A stretch of DNA of 64,000 nucleotides, from NCBI GenBank assembly GCA_000092065.1, contig CP000596.1, one strand, 5' to 3'. Shown here one piece after another: positions 37,702 to 48,600 of the stretch; within the stretch, counting starts at the first letter, position 1, and every line of letters begins with the position of its first letter. A program made the translations under genes and the position numbers. The stretch comes from Ostreococcus lucimarinus. Its lineage: Eukaryota. The notes below the pieces were generated by a model that ran no database searches, was not told the origin of the DNA, and saw nothing but the letters and a program-made list of their open reading frames with translations.

Positions 37702-38318
37702 TTAGTACGGCACTTGACCCGCGAGGATTTCCCCGGCCGAGATAATCGTCGCGAACGAACCCGCGGCGAGAACGTCGACGGCGGTGAACCCCGCCGGATC
37801 GCGCGAGCCGATGTTCTTCGTGCTCGCTTGTTCCACCATCGCCGTGTGGCTCGACGCGCCGTTGTAGTTCTTCTTCACGCTCGGCATAAGGCCGAAGCGC
37901 ATCGCGCCCATGATCGCGGCCGTGTTCGCGCACACAATCTAAGATTTCGAACGATTCGTCGTCAGTCAGTCGTCGTCGTCGCCTCGTCGCCCTAGCTCGA
38001 ATCCTCGTCTTCTCTCGTCCCGCTCGCGCGTCGCTCGCGTCGTCTCGACGCACCATGTTCTCCGTGGACCCGAGCGACCAATCCGCGCGCACGCGCACGT
38101 CGCGCTTCGCCGCCTGTCGTCGCGCGATCGCCGCGAAAGTCAGTCCAAAGTCGCAATCATCGTCAAGATACGCGTATCGTATCGCGATCCGATCGTTCGT
38201 CGCGTTCGGGCGTCGCGCGCACCTTTGCGACGCGAGACGCGCGCTTGACGGCGGAGACGTCGGCGATGGAGGTCTTGGAGGACACGATTTGCGTGCGTTG
38301 CGCGATGGAGGCGTGCAT
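37702..38318 (-). CDS. psaK: Photosystem I subunit PsaK-like, in two exons: 38318..38223 and 37938..37702
   Basis: Exon 1 is a transit-peptide-like MHASIAQRTQIVSSKTSIADVSAVKRASRVAK with donor AAG|GTGCGC. The 284-nt intron has CTGACTGAC near its 3' end and ends ATCTTAG|. Exon 2 is IVCANTAAIMGAMRFGLMPSVKKN...DPAGFTAVDVLAAG, which matches the PsaK core. Confidence 0.6.
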
Positions 38319-38435
38319 GGCGACGAGTTTTGACGCGCGATTCGTCGCGCGCGCGGGACCGCGGACCGCGCGATGGGCCGTGTGTAATTTTGTGTGTTAC
38401 TTTACTTACATGTACAGAAACGCGCGCGGCGGCGG

Positions 38436-39509
38436 TCACGGCGCGGCGTCGCCGGCGACTTTGATCTCGAGTAAGCTCTCCACCGGATTGCGACAGATGG
38501 GGCAGACGTTACCCGTGAGCTGCGAGCGCAGTGCATGCGCGCACTCGGCGCACATGCACAGGTGGCGACACGGGAGCACGGTGGTGTCGCGAGGCTCGGT
38601 GAGACAGATGACGCACTCCTCGCCGACGTCGGCGGAGCTCAGCCCGACGTTGTCGCAACTCTCGATGCCGTAAATCTCTTGTAACTCGTACGACGAACCG
38701 TGGACGTAGATTTTTTGTTTCGTGACGTGGGCGGTCCACTTGCGCGGCGCGCTCGTCTCTCGGCGAAACTCGGCGTACGTCGTTTGACACTGAACCCACG
38801 GCTCGGGCTTCGCTAAGCCCCCGATCGGGTTCTCGGGAAGGTCCGCTAACGTCTTTCCATGATTCGCCTCGGCGTCGGACGAAACACACTCCAAACGAAT
38901 CACCACCGGGTACGTCTTCGCGTCGACGTTCGTCGTCGTCAGCTCGCGTTCGCCGCCGAACGATCGCACGTCCACGTAATCCTCCGCCCCTTGCGTGAAC
39001 CGCGCGCCGAGTCCGGCTTCCAAATGCGCCACGTTCGTTCCTTTCGGGTTCGTTCGCGCGATCGGGTTCGTCGACGCCGGTTCGAACGCTCCCCCGGGCA
39101 ACTCCCTCGCCACGTACGCCACCGACACCCGACACGCCTTGTCCGCGTCCACCTTGAACGTGATCCCGAACTTATTCGCCCCCGCCCCGGACGACAACGA
39201 CGGCGTTCCACCGGATCGTCCGCCCGCGCCGCCGTCGCTCGTCACGCACTCGAGCGTCGATTTGTTCAAGTTGACGTGATTGCGAATCGTCGTCGTCTTG
39301 TGCGTCCTCGCCGCGCTCGTCGTCGTCGTCGTCGTCGCGCCGCCGTCGCTCTCGACGATCGCACCGCGGCCGTCATCGTTCGACGCGCGTCGTCCTCCGC
39401 GGCGTCCTTCGGCGTCGGACGCGGCGTGCGCGCGCAGATCCGCGCGCGGGTCGAAATCGACGTCAGCGCGCGAAGTCGCGCGACGCGCGCGCGAGGACGA
39501 CGCGCCCAT
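38436..39509 (-). CDS. MGRN1/LOG2-like RING E3 ligase with an N-myristoylation consensus
   Basis: N-terminus MGASSS. C3HC4 RING ECVICLTEPRDTTVLPCRHLCMCAECAHALRSQLTGNVCPICR. ATG at 39509. Confidence 0.8.
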   Translation of the reverse strand: MGASSSRARRATSRADVDFDPRADLRAHAASDAEGRRGGRRASNDDGRGAIVESDGGATTTTTTSAARTHKTTTIRNHVNLNKSTLECVTSDGGAGGRSGGTPSLSSGAGANKFGITFKVDADKACRVSVAYVARELPGGAFEPASTNPIARTNPKGTNVAHLEAGLGARFTQGAEDYVDVRSFGGERELTTTNVDAKTYPVVIRLECVSSDAEANHGKTLADLPENPIGGLAKPEPWVQCQTTYAEFRRETSAPRKWTAHVTKQKIYVHGSSYELQEIYGIESCDNVGLSSADVGEECVICLTEPRDTTVLPCRHLCMCAECAHALRSQLTGNVCPICRNPVESLLEIKVAGDAAP

Positions 39510-39742
39510 CGCGGTGCGCGCGCGAGCGCGCGCGAGCGATCGTTCGCGCGCGCGCGGCGGTCGATCGGATTCGCGGTCGCGAGGCGTCGTGTGCGGCGGA
39601 ACGCGAGCGGCGCGCGAGGCACGCGAGGCGCGCGAGGCGCGCGAGGAACGAGGACGCGAGGAACGCGAGGCGCGCGAGGACGCTCGTCTCTCTCGTTCGC
39701 TAATAAATCGCCGGGAACTACTCGTCGTCGCTATCGCTGCCG

Positions 39743-40184
39743 CTACTTTTCAGTCGACGCCGACCGAGCGAGATCGACGGCGGCGGCGGCGGCTCGCTCC
39801 GGCGCCGCCTCCGTGGCCTCGAGAACCTTCTCGAACGCGGCGACGAGTGCCGTCCAATGGCGCTCGTCCTCCATTTCCACGGATGGCGTGTTGACGTGGG
39901 CGTGGGCCAACTGCGCGCCGCGAAACTCGCGGGCGACTCTGAGGCAGTTCTTGCGCGAGACGCCGAGATTTGCGCCGAAATACGCCAAGGCTTCGACGAC
40001 GGCTTTGCGCGTCTTCAGACTCGGGTCTTGGAGCGAATCGCGCGCGCGCAATAACTCGTTGAGACGAGCTTCGAGGAGTCGCCGAAGGTCCGCGTTCCAG
40101 ACGAACCGCGCGCGGCGCGTTTGTCTCGTTCCTCCGGCGTCGGCGGACGCCGCCGCGCCGTTCGCGTCGCGACCTTCTCTCGTA

Positions 40185-40219
<35 letters not shown>

Positions 40220-41482
40220 CGCATCCATTTCATCGTTCTCTTTGCTGTCGTCATCGTCGTCTTCGCTCGGCGTCGCCAAATCCCAGCGACAGATGAGGCC
40301 CGAATCGCACGCCGCGACGACGACGTCGCCGTCGCGATTGATGGCGCACTGACGAACGACCGCGAAGCCGTCGAGCGCGATTTCGGGCGCAACGTTGTTT
40401 GACGCGCTACGCCTGACCGGAAACGCCGCCAATCTCGCGGGCGCGCGCGTCAACCCGCCGCGCGCGTCCAAGCGCCACACCAGCACCAAACCTTTAATGT
40501 TGCCCAAAGCGAAGGCGTTTCGCGATCCCGAGACGGCGAAGCGTATCCACCACAAATTCGCGTCTTTTTGCTCAAACGCCGACACCGAACGAAATTGGTT
40601 CCCTCGCGCGTGCACCACGCCCACGGGTTCGTCTGGCACCCAAAGCTTCACGATGCCGTCCACGCTCTTGCTCAACACCGCGTCGCCCAACCACCCGACA
40701 CAATCGACGTAATCGTCGTGCACGCTGCTGCTCGAAAACATCGGCGTATCGATGACGATCGTTTTGAAATTCGCGAGTGGTTTCGTCCAAGTCGCCGCCT
40801 TCGCCATGGAATCCGCGAGCGGCGGCGTGGCCCAAACCTTGACGCAGTTGTCCATCGCGCCCGTGACGAGCTTCATCTGCCCTTTCGCGTCGATGGCGGG
40901 ATGAAAATCCACGCTCAACAACTCATTTCTATGGCCTCGAGCCCCGGCTAATATCGCCATCGTCACCCCGGTGTTGACGTGCCACAGACGAACGCTCAAA
41001 TCCTTGCTCGCCGTCGCCACCACGCTCGGCCGCGACGGGTGCGACACGACGGAATTCACCGTCCCTCCGTGTCCCACCAGATTCACGTGCAGCCGCCCCG
41101 TGACGCAATCTACGACGCGCACCACCGCTCCCTCCCCCGCGAGCGCCAGGCACGGCCGCAATTTCCCCTTTCCCGTCGTCGTCGCGTCGGCGCCGCTCTC
41201 CCGTCGTCCCACCGAGTCAATCGCGCACCACTCGCACGCGTAAAACGCCTCATTCGCGTCGCGCGTCTCAAACGACGCCACGAGCACGACGTTTCCCGAC
41301 TTTTCGCACTCCCACACGTCCGCCCGCGTCCCCGCGCACGTGGCGAACGTTCGCTGAAACTTTCCATCGACGCCTTCGATGGCGCAAAATCGCGCGCAGT
41401 ACACGTGCGCGCGCTCCTGACCGTCCCGTATCGCGCACGTCGGCGCGTACGACGCCCGTTTCGCCTCCCGCGCGCGCGCCAT
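39743..41482 (-). CDS. WD40 protein resembling PRC2 subunit EED/ESC/FIE, with an acidic C-terminal extension
   Basis: HGGTVNSVVSHP..VVATASKDLSVRLWHVNTGVTMAILAGARGHRNELLSVDFH parallels EED blades. Poly-D tract. ATG at 41482. Confidence 0.65.
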
Positions 41483-41545
41483 GTCGCGCGCGTCGCGCTC
41501 TGACGGTTTTCATTCGCCGCGAGCGCTTCATTCGTCGACGCCGCG

Positions 41546-42217
41546 ATGAGACTCGACGGCGACGCGCTCGACGCGCTCGACGCGCTGGAAAACCTGCTGA
41601 ACGCGGAGTCCGCAGACGTGGTGAACGACGTCCTGGACGACGCGTGCAAGGCGTGGTGCGACGGCGCGCGCGAAGGCGAAGAAAAACGAACCCAGCGTTT
41701 GAGGAAAAATTGTGAAAAAATCAAAGAAAAACTCGAAGTCGAGAGCGACGACGAGGCGCTGCGAACGACGCGGGCGTGCGAGACGGTGGTGAGGATGTCA
41801 GTCTGGGCGCTCGGCGCGAGCGGCGGTGAAAACGCGTCGATGGGGTTCGAACGCGCGGTGACGCACGAGAAGCTTCGAGCGCTGCTCGTCGAGCGCGCGC
41901 TCGAGCGAAGAGGAAAATGGCGCGAGAAAATCACGAGCGCGCGCGCGATGCCGGTGGAGGTGTTAAAAGATTTCGATTGGTGCGTGCGCGGGACGACGGG
42001 CGGCGCGGGCGCGGCGACGGGATCGATCTCGGTCGCGAACGCGCCGACGTGTCGCTTCGCGCTTCGGTTGCGGCGCGGCGGCGCTTCGGCGGCGGCGGCG
42101 GCGCGAGACGTGCACTTCAGCGTCGGAATCGATGCGCTGGACGTCATCGCGGATAAGTGCGCGGAGGCGCGCAGGGCGATCGAGACCTTGGCGCCGGGCG
42201 CGACGCCCGAATCGTAG
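41546..42217 (+). CDS. COMM-domain-like protein
   Basis: The C-terminal LKDFDWCVRG...FALRLRR...HFSVGIDALDVIADKCAEARRAIETL fits the COMM domain pattern. Confidence 0.5.
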   Translation: MRLDGDALDALDALENLLNAESADVVNDVLDDACKAWCDGAREGEEKRTQRLRKNCEKIKEKLEVESDDEALRTTRACETVVRMSVWALGASGGENASMGFERAVTHEKLRALLVERALERRGKWREKITSARAMPVEVLKDFDWCVRGTTGGAGAATGSISVANAPTCRFALRLRRGGASAAAAARDVHFSVGIDALDVIADKCAEARRAIETLAPGATPES

Positions 42218-42501
42218 CGTTCGTAGCGAGCGTGTATACAGTGTAGAGTAAAATAGGACCCCACGCTTTCACTTTTTTCCACGAAGCGAATCGTCCCGCA
42301 CCGCGCGACGCGCGACGCGCGCGACGACGCGCGACGCGCGCGAACGGATCGCGATCCTCGCTGCGTCGTAAACCGACGCGCGCGACGAGCGACGACGACC
42401 GCGCGCGCAGCGACGACGCGAAACGCAAAAAGTTCAAAAACATAGAATCGCCGCCGCGCTGGGTCGAGGCGATCGGCGAGAAATCAGCGCGCGCTCGCGA
42501 C

Positions 42502-44112
42502 ATGGCGCGCGAACACTGGAGCTCGGACGCGTGGACGATAGATCCTGGTATATTTGACCTGCGCGCGCTCACGCCGACGCCGCAGACGGATGGAGGAGGG
42601 AAAGAGAAACAGAAAGAGGAGCTGACGAAGAGCGGACCGTCAAAGGCGTCGACGACGACGCAGGCGGGAACGAGCTCGCACGGGAAGGCGACGGAGGATG
42701 CGCTGCGATTGTGTGAGGTCGATGGGTGCGAAGAGCGAAGGAGCTCGCACCGCGGCGCGGGACTGTGCGATAAACATCGACACGCAGAGTCGTTCGTCGT
42801 GCGAGGGGCAAACGGAGGGAAACCGATGCGGTGGTGCTTTTATTGTCATCGCGCGCACGATTTGGGAAAGTTTACCTCGGCGAGTCGGTCGATTTGCTAT
42901 GAGAAATTCACGCTGAGACAGGGACGGAGGGCGGAGAAGAAGCATCAGGAGGCGCGAAAGGCGGCGTCGGCGTCGGCGGTGCTGGGAGCGTTCGGCGCGC
43001 CGGGCACGAACAGTGGCGGGGATAGCGGAGAGACATCGGCGATTGATACTTCGCTGTCGAAGGCTCTTAGTCAGGTGCCGCTCGTGGATGCGATTGTGAT
43101 GAAGCATCGCTCGCAAGTCGTCCCTCAGGGCTACGACACAAAGTTTTGGGTCGCGCATCCGCGTGAGCTTCAGGAACGCATGGACATGTGGGATCTCGTG
43201 CGTCGATTGAACTCCACGGAAGAGCCGGTGGGAATGTACGGGACTATCGTTCCAGGGTGCGTGCGTTTCACCGTTCGCGGTTGGCAAGGCACGGAAGCGA
43301 CGCTCGCGATGCAACCGTTGGATCGACGCGGCGTGTTCGCCCTCGGCGACGAGCGCTCCGTCTCCGTGAGCGAGATGGCGGCGTTGGACATGAAGCCGAG
43401 ACGCGTCTTCATCAATAAACGCGGGAGCGTCACGCGAGGCCCTGTCGGTGCGTGCGGAGAGGCGATCATCGACGCCGTCTTCGCGAGCGCTCGAGAAAAG
43501 CTGTACGTTCGAACACCGCGAGATCCACGCGTGAACAAAATCCCCGTGCGCTTCTTCTCCGAATACGTCGATCGTGAGGTGTCGTGCGTGGACACAGAGG
43601 AGTTTGTTTCAATCTGTCCGTTGTCCGATGCCGGAACGCGTGGCGCAGTGATAGATCACGTGCTGTCGATTCAGTGCGGCGGTTACGGCGCGCCTTACGA
43701 GCACGTCGCCGTCATCGAAGACGAAGACATCGCGCGCGAACTCGTCGAGTTAGACGCATCTACGACAGGTATCGAGGCGAGAAAAGCGTTGCGTAGGTTT
43801 GCTTTAGATTACGTATGGCTTTCGAGTAGCATCGAGACGGCGATGTTTTACGAGGAAGACGTCAAACGCGCGATGTACATCATCGACTCGGCGCGAAATA
43901 TTTTCGGCGCATGGGGACGGGCGCCGAGCGCGCTCGCTCGAGTGGAGACGCTGCGAACAGAAATCGTAGAGTTTGGCACGTCGATTTCGGATGAATCACG
44001 GTGTCGTCCGAGGGTTACCTCGTTTCTGGAGACGAAGAAAATAAGAGCGCGGCCACCGATTTTTTACGGCGCGACAACTTTGCTGCTCCGCAAAGAAAAC
44101 TCATCGATATAA
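42502..44112 (+). CDS. Putative SBP-box-like zinc-finger DNA-binding protein
   Basis: CEVDGCEERRSSHRGAGLCDKHRHAESFVVRGANGGKPMRWCFYCHRAHDLGKFTSASRSICYEK has the Cys/His spacing of an SBP domain. The assignment is tentative. Confidence 0.5.
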   Translation: MAREHWSSDAWTIDPGIFDLRALTPTPQTDGGGKEKQKEELTKSGPSKASTTTQAGTSSHGKATEDALRLCEVDGCEERRSSHRGAGLCDKHRHAESFVVRGANGGKPMRWCFYCHRAHDLGKFTSASRSICYEKFTLRQGRRAEKKHQEARKAASASAVLGAFGAPGTNSGGDSGETSAIDTSLSKALSQVPLVDAIVMKHRSQVVPQGYDTKFWVAHPRELQERMDMWDLVRRLNSTEEPVGMYGTIVPGCVRFTVRGWQGTEATLAMQPLDRRGVFALGDERSVSVSEMAALDMKPRRVFINKRGSVTRGPVGACGEAIIDAVFASAREKLYVRTPRDPRVNKIPVRFFSEYVDREVSCVDTEEFVSICPLSDAGTRGAVIDHVLSIQCGGYGAPYEHVAVIEDEDIARELVELDASTTGIEARKALRRFALDYVWLSSSIETAMFYEEDVKRAMYIIDSARNIFGAWGRAPSALARVETLRTEIVEFGTSISDESRCRPRVTSFLETKKIRARPPIFYGATTLLLRKENSSI

Positions 44113-44180
44113 CATTACTTAGACCTGACTGTAAAGTTGGATATAACATCAGTACTAGTGATCGTTTTCTTCTGCTACTT

Positions 44181-45488
44181 CTACTGTCTAACTCTATTTA
44201 AGAGACGCATCTCCTGCAGCCGCACGAGTTTTGCCGCTTGTCGACCGACGACGCCTCCGCCTGCGGGAGGCCGACCGCCTTCGTCGATCGTGTCTTCCGC
44301 CTCCGCACCGTAACGCGCCAGACGAGCGTCGATAATTGCTTCGAATACGTCATTTGTTTCAACTTTTTTGTTCTCCACCTCGACCAAGGCATCTTTGATC
44401 TTCTCCACGAGCGCGAAAAATTCGTCTTCGACGCCGTTCGCTCCCGTGATTTCGTAATACTTGCCCGCTTCAAAAAAATCGAGAAGCGATTGCTTTCGCT
44501 CTTCTTCTGCGGATTGCAAAGATACTTTCATTGCATCATACACCGCGTGCATCTTCTCTCTCCCGTACACGTCTTCGAAAAGGCTCACGTGCAAGTTTAC
44601 CGTGACGTTGTCCTCGTTGTGAAACTCGCAAAATCCATACTTGTGCAGCAAGCTCGCGTTACTCTGCTCGCCGAACGTGTTAAACAGCTCCTCCCCAGCC
44701 TTAGCTTCAGCCACAGCCTTGATTACCAACGAATCACCGCTATCTCCACCATCACTATCGTCACTATCGTCGTCGTCCTCGACGCCGTAAACCGCCACTG
44801 AATTCGTCCCCGTGCGGTGGTTGAACAAATCCGCACACGGCACGAGACACTCCCCATACTCCCCACCTACGTAAAACGCCCTCGATGCCGCGATCGACGC
44901 CGCCGCCTTGAAGGTTTCCAGCGTTAGCCCCATCGCATTCGCCGTTTCCTCCCCTAAAGCGTCGCGACACGTCTCAAAATCTTCATCAAACGCCTCGTCG
45001 TCCTCGCTCAAGTGCGCCGCGAGCTCCGTCCCGCGCAATTCGTCCCGAAGCTCCGCGTCCCAAAACATCGGCAAACTCCGCTCGCCACGGCGCGGCAATA
45101 TCGCCCTAAACCCATCCCAAAACCCTTTCGCCTCCCGTGCCGTCTCGTCGTCGCCAAACAACTCGCCGACGGCGACGACGTTGAGCGCCAAGCCGCCGCC
45201 CAGCCGCGCGCCTTCCACCGCTTCCCCGTGCGCGCGCGAGTTCTTCCCGCACAGCACGCACGATTTCGGTATTTCAAATAACGTTTCTCCGATCTCGATC
45301 GCTCGCTTCGCGAACACGGCGTAGTGTCGACGGTCATCCGCGAACTCGTCGTCGCTCTTCAGACTACGAATTTCCAACGCGTCGTCGTTCGTCACGATTC
45401 CCACGTCCTCGCACCACGCGCGGAAGCGTTCGAGGTTTTCATCGATCGCGATCGCGTCGCGCTTACGTTTGCGCGCGTCGTCGCGCAT
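44181..45488 (-). CDS. SET-domain protein lysine methyltransferase (SETD6 / Rubisco-LSMT-like)
   Basis: ADLFNH motif with an LSMT-like substrate-binding C-terminus. The first ATG is at 45488 (the track start is GTG). Confidence 0.7.
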   Translation of the reverse strand: MRDDARKRKRDAIAIDENLERFRAWCEDVGIVTNDDALEIRSLKSDDEFADDRRHYAVFAKRAIEIGETLFEIPKSCVLCGKNSRAHGEAVEGARLGGGLALNVVAVGELFGDDETAREAKGFWDGFRAILPRRGERSLPMFWDAELRDELRGTELAAHLSEDDEAFDEDFETCRDALGEETANAMGLTLETFKAAASIAASRAFYVGGEYGECLVPCADLFNHRTGTNSVAVYGVEDDDDSDDSDGGDSGDSLVIKAVAEAKAGEELFNTFGEQSNASLLHKYGFCEFHNEDNVTVNLHVSLFEDVYGREKMHAVYDAMKVSLQSAEEERKQSLLDFFEAGKYYEITGANGVEDEFFALVEKIKDALVEVENKKVETNDVFEAIIDARLARYGAEAEDTIDEGGRPPAGGGVVGRQAAKLVRLQEMRLLNRVRQ

Positions 45489-45604
45489 GTCGACGCACCG
45501 CGCGACGCGCAGTGCGGCGTTGAAGGCGCTTCCGCGCGGTTTCGCGAACCGAACGCCGTTCGAATTATCAACGAATTCCGCACACGCGCGCGCGCGCACG
45601 CGCG

Positions 45605-48600
45605 ATGAGCGCGCGCACGCCCGGGAATCCGCTGTGGGATAAACTCAGGCGTCACGTCAACGCGCCCGGGTCGGCGGAATCGTACAGGTCGCGACAAACG
45701 AGCGGACGAAGCGAACGATTTCGCGACGATTACATCGAAGAGGAAGATTATCGACGCTCGGCGTCGTACGCGCGCGGACGAGACGACCAAAGGACGTACG
45801 ATCGATCGTATTCCTCGCCACGGTCGCGTGGACGGTCGCCGTTGCACGATGATCGAGACGAACGACGATCGGGACGACGGGACGAGTTCGATCGGCGCGC
45901 GCGGTCGCCGCTGGGCGAACGGGACGAGCGGTACGAGCGTGAACGCCGGCGAGGGTACGACGAGCGAGACGAAGATAGGACGGCGATGAGAGCGACGCCC
46001 GAGCGACAGAGGTCGTTTGCGAATCGAGGGGAGGAACGACCGGTGTTGGGTGGCGGAGCGACGGGGAGCGCGGCGGCGCGCGAGGAGCCGTTCGACGCGG
46101 CGTATTATAAGACGAGAATCGCGAGGTTGGAGGAGAAACTCGCGAAGGAGCATCAAAAGGTGAAGTCGACGGTCAAGTATTACGAGGATCAGTTCGAAGC
46201 TCAGGCGAAGAAGCTGAGCGAAAAACACGAAGAGGAGAAAAAGGCGGCGGAGGAGGAGGCGACAAAACTGAAATCGCAGGTGGAGTGGCTGAAGCAGGCG
46301 CAAGAGTCGTTGAAGAGCGAACGCGCGGCGCGCGAGGACTTGGAAAAGGAACTCGCGGCGCTTCAAGAAGAGTATGCTGGGAAGGAAAAGATCGCCACCG
46401 ACGTGAAGACGACAGATGCAAAATTGAAGAAGGAGATCAAGGAGCTCAAGGAGGCGGTTGAAATGGCCAAGCGAGAAGCCGCTGAGGCTGAAGAGAGGAC
46501 GAAGAGCGCGCCGCCAAAGCAACCCGAAGCTGACCCTGCAGAAATTGCCATCTTACAAAAGCAATTGGATGAAGAAAAGGCGCAACGCGACACCATCGAG
46601 AAGAAGTTTGCCGCATTGAAGGCGGAATCCATGGATCCATCTGAAGTCGGTTTGCTGCAAAAGAAAGTGTACACCGCGGAGTCCGAACTCGCGACCGTTC
46701 GTGGAGAACTTGATCGCGCGATGGAGGATAAGCAAGAAGCCACTGTGATTAAGGCGAGGTTGGACGTCGCTGAGAAGCTGGTGTATGAGCTCAAGACAAA
46801 GGCGCAACGCGTCGACGAACTCGAACGCTTTTACGCCGACGCTTCGAAGGACAAAGAGCATTTGCGCCAGGCGTACGACAAGATTCAAGAAATCACGGAC
46901 AAGTTGCTCGCGGTGACGAACGAAAAGGAGGTCCTCGTTCGCCACAGCGCGCAGCAAGCGCACGTTGAGGCTCAACTTGAGCAGACGCGAAGTGAACTCA
47001 ATCGAATCAAAAATGAAGTGCACACGGCGCAGGTGGATAAATCAAACAGCGAGATGAACTTCAAGTACGTCGTTGACGATATTTCCCGCACCCTTCGCGA
47101 ACATGCCATGACGTCGATGCGCTGGGAAGCCCGCATGGCGAGTGAGATAAGTGAAGCAAGCGAGGAACACGCGGAGATTCGCCGTCAAACGATGAATCTC
47201 GTATCCACCGCCGAGTCCGAAGCCCAACGAGTAATGCGAGACTCCATCACCGTCGTCAACGATGCTCGACGCATGTTACAGGATAATCACAAAAAGTCCG
47301 AAGATATCATTGAGGACGTCATTCGCGCTGAGCGTCATCGTATGTCGGACGAAACAAAGACGATGAAGAGCCAGCTTGTAGAGGCTGAACGTAGAGCGCT
47401 ACAGGCAAATGCGCAGATTGATGACTTATCTGAGCAACTGCGCCAAATGCGCATCGATTTGCATCTAGCAAAGGATGCACACGCGGCTTTAACAGCGACG
47501 AGATCAGAAGCGCCTTCTATCGTGGACACGGCGAGAGATTTCGGGAGCGACGGCGTGGCTTCGCCGAGTGGCGAAAAGGTTGATTCGCTTCGACAAAAGT
47601 TGCGCACAGCTCAGTTCCAGCTGCTCGCATTGAAAGCTCGACGTAAGTTTGAGATCGACCCGGATCGTGAGGAACTCGAGGAGAAACTACAGTTCATGCG
47701 TGAAGAGCGCGAGCAGCTTCTGGCGAATCGCCCTGCCGCCGCGTTTGAAGAAACCGCCGAAGTATTGGGGCTTCAAGACGAACTTCAATGGTGCCGTTCC
47801 AAGATTGCAAAGCTCGAGGGAGATCGACGAGAACAAAGCCGTGGCTCGTCAGAACGAGAAAAAAGTCTCGAGGATCAGCTCGAGCGCACTCGGTCGGAGC
47901 TGGAAGAGGTTGAGAAGACGATGAGGCAGCTCAAGAAGCAGCAGCTCGACGCATTTGAAGACGTCGCGGAAGACATGGAATCACATTTGCGAATCAAGCT
48001 GACTGAAATGCGCGAAGAGCTCATGCTCGCGAATGCACAACGTGAGAAGTCACGTAATGAGATGAATCACGCGCAAGATGAGCTGATCGTGCTTCGAAGC
48101 GAGCGCGATAACGCCATCACAAGTGTGAAGACAATGCGCGAAGAGCTCGCCGAGTTGCGCCAGACAATCTCAGAAATGTCAGCGTCAAGAGCGGAAATCA
48201 TGACGGCGGGTCGGGAAGAAGTTCGTGCGCGAGAGGACGAATTAAACGCCGTGCGCAGAGAGTTGAGTAATATTCGCGGTCAGAAAGAAAGTGCCTTACT
48301 TACTATGGAGGAGTTGAAGTCGCGACTGCTCGATACTGAGGCGCGGCTCAGTGAGGCGTCCGAGCAGCGTCAGCAATTGGAGCTCGCGCGTAACGACGAA
48401 ACGAGATCGTCGTCTGAGCGAAATAGATTAGAAAACAAGGTGCTGGTATTACAGACAGAGCGCGATGAGATGCAAACGAAGCTTGAGCAGGTGATCATCT
48501 CGCGAGAGGAATTGGAAGAGGAACTCAAAGTGTTGCTCACAAAGTTGAACCAGTCCGAGGAACAAACAACGGCAACGGTGGCGCAGAGCCGCTCTGAGGT

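Noticed and set aside
38859-40352. 497-aa plus-strand ORF
   Set aside because: It is antisense to the MGRN1-like and EED-like genes, with poly-Ser/Arg composition.
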